NCBI GenBank assembly: GCA_905215135.1
Contig: CAJMOX010000009.1
Coordinates: 16,768-80,767, forward strand
Source of the DNA: an uncultured bacterium
GTDB lineage: Bacteria; Actinomycetota; Coriobacteriia; Coriobacteriales; Coriobacteriaceae
Length of the DNA stretch: 64,000 nucleotides
Direction: 5' to 3'
A program made the position numbers and the translations under genes. Positions 18,203 through 26,355 of this stretch are shown here, one piece after another. The notes beneath the pieces were generated by a model that searched no databases, was not told the origin of the DNA, and worked only from the letters and a program-made list of their open reading frames with translations. The stretch's first letter is position 1. Each line of letters opens with the position of its first letter.

Positions 18203-18299
18203 GGCGGCTTCCAGATCATTCGAAGCTTGTTTAAGGCAATTCCCGGCGGCACGCGATCGAGGACATTCGACGCGTGCCGCCCCATTAGAAGGAGAGAAC

Positions 18300-19244
18300 A
18301 TGCGCTACACGCACCTCAAGAATTCCGATGTCGACGTCTCCCAGCTTGCCGTGGGCACCTGGGCGATCGGCGGCGACTCCTTTGGTGAGAACGATGACGC
18401 CGCCAGCATGTCCGCCATCCGCACCATGCTCGATCACGGAGTCAACCTCATCGACACCGCGCCGTGCTATGGTAACGGCACATCCGAGAAGGTCGTCGGC
18501 AACGCGCTCAGGGGCATCGACCGAGAGAGCTACCTGCTCTCGACCAAGGTTGGCCTGATTACCAGCGCCGCCGGCTATGACCGCGACTCCTCGTTCAAGA
18601 ATATCATGAGGGAGGTCGAGAGCTCGCTGCGCAACCTCCGCACCGACTACATCGACTTCTACTTCGTGCACTGGCCCGACGCCAAGACCCCGTTCTCCGA
18701 GACGATGTGCGCCCTCCAGCTCCTCAAGGAGCAGGGCAAGATTCGCCACATCGGCGTCTCCAACTTCACGCCCGAGATGATCGAGGAGTGCGAGAAGGTC
18801 GCTCAGGTCGACGTCCAGCAGCCGCCCTACTCCATGGTCGACCGCTCCTCCGAGGACCTCATCAAGTGGGGCTACGAGCGTGGCATTGACTCCTTCACCT
18901 ATGGCTCCCTCGGTGCGGGCATCCTGTCCGGTAAGTTCCGCGAGCTGACGAAGTTCGAGGAAGGCGACGTCCGCGGTGGCTTCTACGACTACTTCCGGGA
19001 GCCCAAGTTCTCGCGCGTCCAGGAGCTGCTCAAGGTCATGGACGAGATCGCCGAGGCTCACGACAAGCCCGTGGCACAGGTCGCCGTGAACTGGAGCACC
19101 CAGAAGGAGTACGTGGGCACCGCTCTCGTGGGCGTGCGCACGGACGCCCACGCGATTCAGAACTGCGAGACGTTCGAGTGGGAGCTTTCCGCCGACGAGA
19201 TGGCCAAGCTCGACGCCAAGCTCGACGAGCTGAAGATCGGCTAG
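18300..19244 (+). CDS. Aldo/keto reductase
   Basis: GTWAIGG, IDTAPCYGNGTSE, STKVG, DYIDFYFVHWPD, GKIRHIGVSNF. Confidence 0.93.
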   Translation: MRYTHLKNSDVDVSQLAVGTWAIGGDSFGENDDAASMSAIRTMLDHGVNLIDTAPCYGNGTSEKVVGNALRGIDRESYLLSTKVGLITSAAGYDRDSSFKNIMREVESSLRNLRTDYIDFYFVHWPDAKTPFSETMCALQLLKEQGKIRHIGVSNFTPEMIEECEKVAQVDVQQPPYSMVDRSSEDLIKWGYERGIDSFTYGSLGAGILSGKFRELTKFEEGDVRGGFYDYFREPKFSRVQELLKVMDEIAEAHDKPVAQVAVNWSTQKEYVGTALVGVRTDAHAIQNCETFEWELSADEMAKLDAKLDELKIG

Positions 19245-19246
19245 CC

Positions 19247-20338
19247 ATGAGCGCCGAGGATAGGAAGTACCCCACTTCCGAGCTTGAGGTGCTTGAGAGT
19301 GGCGCGAGGGAGGTTGTCGAGCCTAACGGCCTGAGGCTGATGCTGAAGCCCGTGCCGGGTGACGACCGCGAGCACGTGCTCGATCCGCGCGTCTATGCTC
19401 GTGCGCACGCGAAGCTCGCTGCGGCTCCTGCGGCGGGGTCGGCGCCGGCCGGACCGGTGGACGTGATCGCGTGGCGCTCCGCGCCCAACAAGGAGACCCA
19501 CGTCGTGAGGGGCGCGAACGTTGCCAAGAAGACCGTCGTCATGAACTTCGGCGACAAGGGCATTCCGCTGCATATCTTCACGCCGGAGGGGCACGAGGAT
19601 GGGTCTGCCGCGCTCGTGTTCATCCATGGCGGCGGGTTCATGGTGGGCAACATCGGCCAGTACGAGAACTGCCTGCGCGACATCGTGGAGCGCACGGGTT
19701 GCGTCGCGATCTATCCGGAGTACCGCCTGTCTCCCGAGACGATGTTCCCGGGTGGCGTCGAGGACTGCGTGAAGACGCTCGACTGGCTTGTCGATCACGC
19801 TGACGAGCTGGGCGTTGATGCGACTCGCATTGCCGTGGCTGGTGACTCTGCGGGTGGCAGCCTGTCGAATGCCGTCGTGCTCGAGGGCTCTCACGCGGAT
19901 AGGATCAAGGCGGTTGTCGAGCTTTATCCGCTCGTTGATGGCGGTCCCGTTCCGGATGAGTGGTCCTATGACCTGTACGAGGTCGTGGATGAGCAGAGGC
20001 CCGAGGCGCTGAGCAGGGTTGATCGCATTCGCCTCGCCAACAACGACCTTCCGCCCATGTACGTCAACGGCGATGCGGACAAGATGCTCGACCCGCTGAT
20101 TTCCGCGCTGTTCGCGGAGGACGTGAGCGTGTATCCGCGTACGGTCATCATCACTTCCGAGTTCGACTTCCTGCGCTATCAGGGAGAGCTGTTCGCGAAG
20201 AAGCTGCAGGATGCGGGCGTTGACGTCACTGCGATTCGCTATCGCGGCTGCGACCACGGCTTCTTCGAGATGTACGGCGTGATGCCTCAGGCTGAGGATG
20301 TCTGCCGCGTCATCTCCGAGGAGCTTGCGAAGATCTAG
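19247..20338 (+). CDS. Alpha/beta hydrolase (HSL-family esterase)
   Basis: HGGGF oxyanion motif, GDSAGG nucleophile, EFDFL and DHGF. Confidence 0.92.
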   Translation: MSAEDRKYPTSELEVLESGAREVVEPNGLRLMLKPVPGDDREHVLDPRVYARAHAKLAAAPAAGSAPAGPVDVIAWRSAPNKETHVVRGANVAKKTVVMNFGDKGIPLHIFTPEGHEDGSAALVFIHGGGFMVGNIGQYENCLRDIVERTGCVAIYPEYRLSPETMFPGGVEDCVKTLDWLVDHADELGVDATRIAVAGDSAGGSLSNAVVLEGSHADRIKAVVELYPLVDGGPVPDEWSYDLYEVVDEQRPEALSRVDRIRLANNDLPPMYVNGDADKMLDPLISALFAEDVSVYPRTVIITSEFDFLRYQGELFAKKLQDAGVDVTAIRYRGCDHGFFEMYGVMPQAEDVCRVISEELAKI

Positions 20339-20529
20339 GGGCTCGTCGCGGCGACCTCCTGGACAAGTGATGGTCCGGCGGGATGCTAGGTGCGTCCCGC
20401 CGGACCTTTGCGTTGGCGGGCGCGTGCCGCTTGCCGGCGGGCGCGTTTGGGGTTTACCTCGGCGGTGCCGGATTGACTGGGAGACGCGTTTACCGCCGAT
20501 CTTCCAAGTGAGCCCAGCAAGCAAACCGC

Positions 20530-20781
20530 GAGCTGAGCCCCAAGGGCATTGACAAGGGCGTGGGCGTGGCGCGAGCGCTGGCGTATCTGGGCCGCGAGGG
20601 AAATGCGCGCACCTTTGGCTTTGGCGATTCGGGCAACGACCTGGGCATGCTCGCTGCCGTCGAGACGGCTGTCGCCATGGGTAACGCCATGCCCGAGGTC
20701 AAGGCGGTCGCCGACTACGTGACCGACGATGTCGCACGCGACGGCACTGTCACCGCCATGCGCCACTTTGGGTTGATCTAA
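20530..20781 (+). pseudogene. C-terminal fragment of a Cof-type HAD hydrolase
   Basis: ELSPKGIDKG...FGDSGNDLGML...VAMGNAMPEVKAVADYVT; upstream in-frame stop at 20509; motif I (DxDGT) missing. Confidence 0.85.
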
Positions 20782-20782
20782 T

Positions 20783-20822
20783 AAATGGCCGGGTCGCCCG
20801 CGGTGGGGCGACCCGGCCATTT
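20783..20822. terminator. Bidirectional hairpin terminator
   Basis: aaatggccgggtcgccc-loop-gggcgacccggccattt between convergent genes. Confidence 0.8.
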
Positions 20823-20825
20823 GAG

Positions 20826-21617
20826 CTATTTTGCAATATAGAGCTTGGGATGACTGCGGCTGCTCTCGATCGCCGCCGTCATGATGCCCTCGTCGTCTCC
20901 ATCAATGATGATGCCATCGAGGTCATCGATCTGCGCGGACTGATAAAAACTGGTCTTGTTGAACTTTCCCTGGTCAACCATCATGTAGCCCTGATTTGAG
21001 TTGGTCAGGTACATATGCTTGATCATGGCCGAGAAGTCGTGCTCGACGGTAAAACCGTGGTCGGGGTGGAATCCGTCGGCACTGACAAACGCCTTGTCGG
21101 CATGTAGTTTGCTCATGCAGTCGAGCGTTAGTGCGCCCGCGAGATAGAGGTGGCCTTTGCGCACGGAGCCGCCCAACAGCACTACCGAGGCATTGGGGAG
21201 ATTGAAGCTGGCGTAGTTCGCGATTGCAAGATCGCCGGTGATAATGGTGATCTCACGCTTGTCCATGAGGGCCTTAGCGAAGTAAAAGCCTGTGGTGCCG
21301 ATATCAATTACCAGAACATCGCCATCATCAACAAGAGTTGCTGCGGTTGCGGCGATGGCCTCCTTGGCCTCGACTTGGACATTGATGCGCTCCTCGGGAT
21401 ACGAGATTGCGTTGGAGCGAGAAAGCGATACCGCTCCACCGCGTACGCGACGCAGCTTGCCTTCGGATTCCAGCGAGATGAGGTCGTGTCGTGCGGTGAC
21501 TTCCGAAACCGAAAAACGGCGAACGATGTCGGATACCGAGATATTTGGCTTTTCGGCCAGCCAATTCATGATAAATCGCTGACGCTCGGCCGGTGAAAGG
21601 TCTGAAGTAGATGCCAT
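20826..21617 (-). CDS. DeoR/GlpR family transcriptional regulator
   Basis: ERQRFI, VSEVTARHDL, RVRGGA, IDIGTT, LLGG; AAGGAG RBS before ATG 21617. Confidence 0.92.
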   Translation of the reverse strand: MASTSDLSPAERQRFIMNWLAEKPNISVSDIVRRFSVSEVTARHDLISLESEGKLRRVRGGAVSLSRSNAISYPEERINVQVEAKEAIAATAATLVDDGDVLVIDIGTTGFYFAKALMDKREITIITGDLAIANYASFNLPNASVVLLGGSVRKGHLYLAGALTLDCMSKLHADKAFVSADGFHPDHGFTVEHDFSAMIKHMYLTNSNQGYMMVDQGKFNKTSFYQSAQIDDLDGIIIDGDDEGIMTAAIESSRSHPKLYIAK

Positions 21618-21649
21618 ATGCCGCTCCTTTTGAACAAAAGGCAAAAGAT

Positions 21650-21940
21650 GCTCCTTTCGTAATCGAAATATAACGTATCGATATGAAAAGAACAAGGCAA
21701 ATTCGAATGAATCAAATGAACGGAATGGCATGTCCCAAATGCATGCGTAGCAGATAATTCGCACGTAGATGGGCTATAAAGAGTCTCATTCTGAAGATGC
21801 CGCCCAAAAGAAGTACGTTCACACCCGATATTCGACCGTTCACGGAAAGTTGACAATTGAGCTTTCGATAGCTTTTGAAATGGTTTATAAAAGAAAACCG
21901 AAAAGCTTTTGAAACAAAGAAGAAGGCTTTCGATAGCAAT
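21650..21940. promoter_or_regulatory. AT-rich divergent promoter region with repeated TTTCG/CGAAA motifs (candidate DeoR operators)
   Basis: gctttcgatagc twice (21861, ~21926), agcttttgaaa twice (21870, 21904), tttcgtaatcgaaa at ~21655, TTGACA at 21850. Confidence 0.5.
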
Positions 21941-21965
21941 AGTGCTAGATGAGAAAGGACCGAAC

Positions 21966-22676
21966 ATGGCGATCAAAGTGTTTGCCGACGGCGCTAACCT
22001 CGAGGGCATGCTTGACATGCATGACAATGGCAACGTTCAGGGCTTCACGACCAATCCTTCCCTTATGAAGGCCGGCGGCGTGACCGACTACCGCGCTTTT
22101 GCCAAGACGGTTCTTGAACACATTACTGATGTGTCGGTCTCTTTTGAGGTATTCGCCGACGACGAGGCGGGCATGGAAGCCGAGGCTCGCGAGATCGCAA
22201 CCTGGGCAGACAACGTCTACGTTAAGATCCCAGCACTCAATACCAAGGGCGAGTCCACTGCCGCGCTGGTCAAGCGCCTTTCTGCCGACGGCATCAAGGT
22301 GAATGTCACCACTATCTTCACGCCCGAGCAGGTCGACGAGTTCGTCGATGCCGTTTCTGCCGAGACCCCCTCTATTCTGTCCATCTTTGCCGGTCGCATT
22401 GCCGATACCGGCGTCGATCCGCTGCCTCTCATGGCGGAGTCCGTAAAGAAGGCTGCCGTTAAGCCTGCTGCCGAGGTTCTCTGGGCGTCTACGCGCGAGG
22501 TCCTCAATATCTTCCAGGCGGAGTCCGTTGGATGCCAGATCATTACGGTCCCCAATGCCCTTCTTGCCAAGCGCAAGAATTTCGGGAAAGATTTGCTTGA
22601 GTACTCGCTTGATACGGTCAAGGGCTTTGCCCGCGACATTCAGGCGCTTGGTTTTCATATCCTGCCCGAGGAGTAG
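21966..22676 (+). CDS. tal: Transaldolase (short TalC-like), copy 1
   Basis: FADGA, GFTTNPSL, SFEV, VKIP, VNVT, FAGRIAD, LWASTRE. Confidence 0.92.
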   Translation: MAIKVFADGANLEGMLDMHDNGNVQGFTTNPSLMKAGGVTDYRAFAKTVLEHITDVSVSFEVFADDEAGMEAEAREIATWADNVYVKIPALNTKGESTAALVKRLSADGIKVNVTTIFTPEQVDEFVDAVSAETPSILSIFAGRIADTGVDPLPLMAESVKKAAVKPAAEVLWASTREVLNIFQAESVGCQIITVPNALLAKRKNFGKDLLEYSLDTVKGFARDIQALGFHILPEE

Positions 22677-22685
22677 GGGACGAGC

Positions 22686-23132
22686 ATGCTGACCGATCTT
22701 CTTAAGCCCGAGCTTGTTGCCTGCCACGTCGAGGCCTCCGACTGGGAGGAAGCGATCAGGGCATGCGGTGAGTTGCTCATAGACGCTGGCAAATGCGACC
22801 AGAGCTATGTTGACGCCATGATTTCATCGGTTCACAAATTCGGCCCCTATATGGTCTTGGAAGAGGGCATCGCCATGCCCCACGCTCAGGCAGATGGCAA
22901 TGTGAGTGAAGCGGGCATCTGTATCGTCACGCTTGACCCTGCCATTGCGTTTGGACACGAGGATTTCGATCCGGTTCACGTGCTCGTGGGTATTTGCGCA
23001 CCCGACCCCAAGGCTCATCTTGGCTGCTTGGCGGAGCTTTCGCAGATGTTCGAGGACGATGACTGCGTTGCCAAGCTCAGTGCATGCGATACGCCCGAGC
23101 AGGTTTTGGAGACCATGCGTTCATTCTTTTAG
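22686..23132 (+). CDS. PTS EIIA (UlaC/Fru-Mtl type)
   Basis: DWEEAI, GPYMVL, IAMPHA. Confidence 0.9.
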   Translation: MLTDLLKPELVACHVEASDWEEAIRACGELLIDAGKCDQSYVDAMISSVHKFGPYMVLEEGIAMPHAQADGNVSEAGICIVTLDPAIAFGHEDFDPVHVLVGICAPDPKAHLGCLAELSQMFEDDDCVAKLSACDTPEQVLETMRSFF

Positions 23133-23207
23133 GCCTTAATGGCACGGCGATGCGTCGCCGCTTTTGGATAGACGGAAAACCGTCACGTGTAGGAGAGGAA
23201 GGTTGCC

Positions 23208-23483
23208 ATGCATATCATCACCGTATGCGGAAACGGCATCGGGTCCAGCCTGATGCTCGCTGGCAAAGTCGAGGAGCTTTGCGAGGAGGAGGGCATCAAG
23301 GCCGACGTTGAGTCTATGGACCTGAACGGTGCTTCTTCCGCAAATCCGGATCTGTTCATCACCGTTAAGGAGCTCGCCCCCGAGCTCCACGGCAACGTTG
23401 TGATCGTTCGCAGCTATGTGAACAAGAAGAAGATCCGCGAAGACGCCCTCGAGGCAATCAAGGCGGCCGCCGCTAACGCCTAA
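23208..23483 (+). CDS. PTS EIIB (UlaB/SgaB-like)
   Basis: VCGNGIGSSLML P-loop. Confidence 0.92.
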   Translation: MHIITVCGNGIGSSLMLAGKVEELCEEEGIKADVESMDLNGASSANPDLFITVKELAPELHGNVVIVRSYVNKKKIREDALEAIKAAAANA

Positions 23484-23554
23484 AGCGGCACAAAAAAGGG
23501 CGGTTCCCTGTGGAAGAGGGAAACGCGCCCACGTTAGAGAGAAAGGAAGCGCAG

Positions 23555-24946
23555 ATGCAAGCCATCCTTCCCATACTTGAGTTTATCCAATCGATTCTGA
23601 CCAAGCCAGCGTGGATTATGGGTCTATTTGCCTTTGTGGGCCTTGTCGCGCTTAAGCGTCCTGCCCACAAGGTGATGACGGGCACCCTGAAGCCCATTCT
23701 GGGTTACATCATGCTGTCTGCCGGCGCCGCTGTTGTTCAGGAGAACCTTGCTCCGCTGGGTACCTTCATCGAGACCGGTTTCCACATCACCGGCGTCGTG
23801 CCCAACAACGAGGTCGTCGTTTCGATGGCTCAGAGCGTCCTCGGCGTTCAGACCATGATGATCCTGATTCTCGGCTATGTCGTGAACATTATCATTGCCC
23901 GCTTTACCAAGTTTAAGTACATCTTCCTGACGGGCCATCACAGCATGTTTATGGCCTGCCTGCTGTCTGCCGTTCTGCAGGCATCTGGCTTCCAGGATGT
24001 CCAGCTTGTCATCGTGGGCGGCATGTTCCTGGGCCTCGTGAGCGCTATGCTTCCCGCCGTTGGTCAGCGTTTCACCGAGAAGGTTACCGATGGCGATGAA
24101 ATCGCCATGGGCCACTTCGGTTCACTCGCCTATTACATCTCCGCTGCAGTCGGTACGCTTTTTGCTAAGGACGCCGAGGAGAACAGCACCGAGAAGATCG
24201 AGGTTCCCGAGAAGTTCGCCTTCCTGCGCGACACTACCATCTCCACGGCTCTTACCATGGCCTTCTTCTACCTGGTTACCGCTTTCGCCGCTTACGTCGC
24301 AGATCCTGCGGTCGTTACCAAGACCGCTGGCGGCGACAATGTAATTGTCTATGCCCTGACTTGTGCCCTGTCCTTCGCCGTCGGTGTCACTATCGTCTAC
24401 AACGGCGTTCGTATGATCCTTGCCGACCTGGTCCCGGCTTTCCAGGGCATCTCCAACAAGCTGATCCCCGGTGCCATCCCCGCCGTCGACTGCGCTGTCT
24501 TCTTCCCCTATGCTCCCACCGCCGTCATCCTCGGCTTTGTCGCTTCCTTTATCGGTGGCGTGGTCGGTATGTTCATCGTGGGCGCTACCCTGGGCATCTT
24601 CATCATTCCGGGCATGGTTCCCCACTTCTTCTGCGGTGCTACCGCAGGCATCTACGGCAATGCTACCGGCGGTCGCAAGGGCGCAGCTCTTGGCGCTTTC
24701 GTCAACGGCCTGCTCATCACCTTTGCCCCGGCCCTGCTCCTGCCCGTTCTTGACGTCTTTGGCTTCAAGAACACTACGTTCGGCGACTTCGATTTCTCCG
24801 TCATTGGTATTACGCTTGGCCGCGCTGCCGAGGCCTTCGGTACCACCGGTGTCTACGCGATTCTTGCTGTCCTTCTGATCGTCGCCTTCGTTCCCAACTT
24901 CATCCACACCAAGGGTGCTGTGATTAGCCACGTTGAGGAAGAGTAA
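23555..24946 (+). CDS. PTS ascorbate-family EIIC (UlaA/SgaT-like)
   Basis: PNNE, IFLTGHH, AMGH, VPAFQGIS, PAVDC, HFFCG, GDFD motifs. Confidence 0.93.
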   Translation: MQAILPILEFIQSILTKPAWIMGLFAFVGLVALKRPAHKVMTGTLKPILGYIMLSAGAAVVQENLAPLGTFIETGFHITGVVPNNEVVVSMAQSVLGVQTMMILILGYVVNIIIARFTKFKYIFLTGHHSMFMACLLSAVLQASGFQDVQLVIVGGMFLGLVSAMLPAVGQRFTEKVTDGDEIAMGHFGSLAYYISAAVGTLFAKDAEENSTEKIEVPEKFAFLRDTTISTALTMAFFYLVTAFAAYVADPAVVTKTAGGDNVIVYALTCALSFAVGVTIVYNGVRMILADLVPAFQGISNKLIPGAIPAVDCAVFFPYAPTAVILGFVASFIGGVVGMFIVGATLGIFIIPGMVPHFFCGATAGIYGNATGGRKGAALGAFVNGLLITFAPALLLPVLDVFGFKNTTFGDFDFSVIGITLGRAAEAFGTTGVYAILAVLLIVAFVPNFIHTKGAVISHVEEE

Positions 24947-25003
24947 CCCAGGCATACGTTAAGCCCTAATCGGGCGGAGCTCCGATAACCGGCTCCTACA
25001 CGG

Positions 25004-25045
25004 AAGCGGTGACGTCTCAAATGAGGCGTCACCGCTTTTTGTTTT
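25004..25045 (+). terminator. Rho-independent terminator
   Basis: aagcggtgacgtctca-aa-tgaggcgtcaccgctt followed by tttgtttt. Confidence 0.8.
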
Positions 25046-25270
25046 GGAGTGGTTGTGAAAACGCACCGGTGAAGCGCTGTCTCTGCGCCGCGAACGGAAT
25101 CAACCGCGATGATCAGCAAAAACGTTTTGCCGCTGGGGTGTCGATATAAAAATGGTAAAACTGCAAAACCGTTCGCCGAGAAGATAAAAACCCGCAGTTC
25201 ACGCCTTGATAAACGTAGATAAAGTATTTAGCAGTTTACCGGCCTTGTGCAAGCGAAAGGAATCAGGCAG

Positions 25271-25975
25271 ATGGCAATCAAGGTGTTCGCTGACGGTGCA
25301 AACCTCGAGGGCATGCTCGACATGTACGAGAACGGCAACGTTCAGGGTTTCACGACCAACCCGTCCCTTATGAAGAAGGGCGGCGTGACGGATTACCGCG
25401 CGTTTGCCAAGGAGGTTCTGGCCCACATCACCGATGTGTCCGTGTCGTTTGAGGTCTTTGCCGACGACGTCGAGACCATGGAGGTCGAGGCCCGCGAGAT
25501 CGCTACCTGGGCTGAGAACGTCTACGTCAAGATTCCGTGCGTGACCACCAAGGGTGAGTCCACCGCCGAGCTGGTGCGCAAGCTTTCCGCCGACGGCATC
25601 AAGGTCAACGTCACCACCATCTTTACGCCTGCGCAGGTCGACGAGATGGTCGAGGCCGTTGACGCCGAGACGCCATCCATCATCTCGCTCTTTGCCGGCC
25701 GCATCGCCGATACCGGCGTCGACCCCATTCCGTTTATGACGGAGTCGGTCAAGAAGGCCGCCGCCAAGCCCAACTGCGAGGTCCTGTGGGCGTCCACGCG
25801 TGAGCTTATCAATATCTACCAGGCGGAAGGATGCGGTTGCCAGATCATTACGGTGCCCAACAGCATCCTGGCCAAGCGCAAGAACATCGGTCGCGACCCG
25901 TACGAGGTCTCGCTCGACACCGTGCGCGGCTTTGCCAAGGATATCGCCGCTTTGGGCTTCCATATTCTGCCGTAA
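25271..25975 (+). CDS. tal: Transaldolase (short TalC-like), copy 2
   Basis: Same motifs as 21966..22676 and collinear with it; AAAGGA RBS. Confidence 0.92.
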   Translation: MAIKVFADGANLEGMLDMYENGNVQGFTTNPSLMKKGGVTDYRAFAKEVLAHITDVSVSFEVFADDVETMEVEAREIATWAENVYVKIPCVTTKGESTAELVRKLSADGIKVNVTTIFTPAQVDEMVEAVDAETPSIISLFAGRIADTGVDPIPFMTESVKKAAAKPNCEVLWASTRELINIYQAEGCGCQIITVPNSILAKRKNIGRDPYEVSLDTVRGFAKDIAALGFHILP

Positions 25976-26005
25976 CGCGAACACTGACTACGCCGCGGGC
26001 TGCTC

Positions 26006-26077
26006 GCCCCGGCCTTTCCTTTCCCTATCGCTCACGCGCTTCGCGAGGGTCGCGCTAGACAAAGGAAAGGCCGGGGC
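26006..26077. repeat. 17-bp perfect inverted repeat element
   Basis: gccccggcctttccttt ...38 nt... aaaggaaaggccggggc. Confidence 0.8.
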
Positions 26078-26355
26078 TGCCGACACGAGCTTGCCAGTAG
26101 GTTGGTGATAGGCTTCCATATCCTGCCGTGGACAAAGGTACCCCCGCCTGCGCCGTGCAAAATTGAGAGTATTCAGCAAGGTAAAGGCTTTTACCAGCTG
26201 GTTGAAGCACGGAACAACCCCCGTTTTGGCTCTGATGACGCTAAAACGGGGGCTGTTTTTGACGTTATTGTCTCTGAGGGGCGTTCGGAGCGGCGGAAAT
26301 TGCAGAATACTCGCGATTTTGCACGTTGCTACAGGGGGTACCTTGCTTTGACGGT

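Noticed and set aside
20560..20781. Independent 73-aa protein
   Set aside because: Cof-HAD homology extends upstream of the called start, there is no RBS, and catalytic motif I is missing; treated as a fragment.
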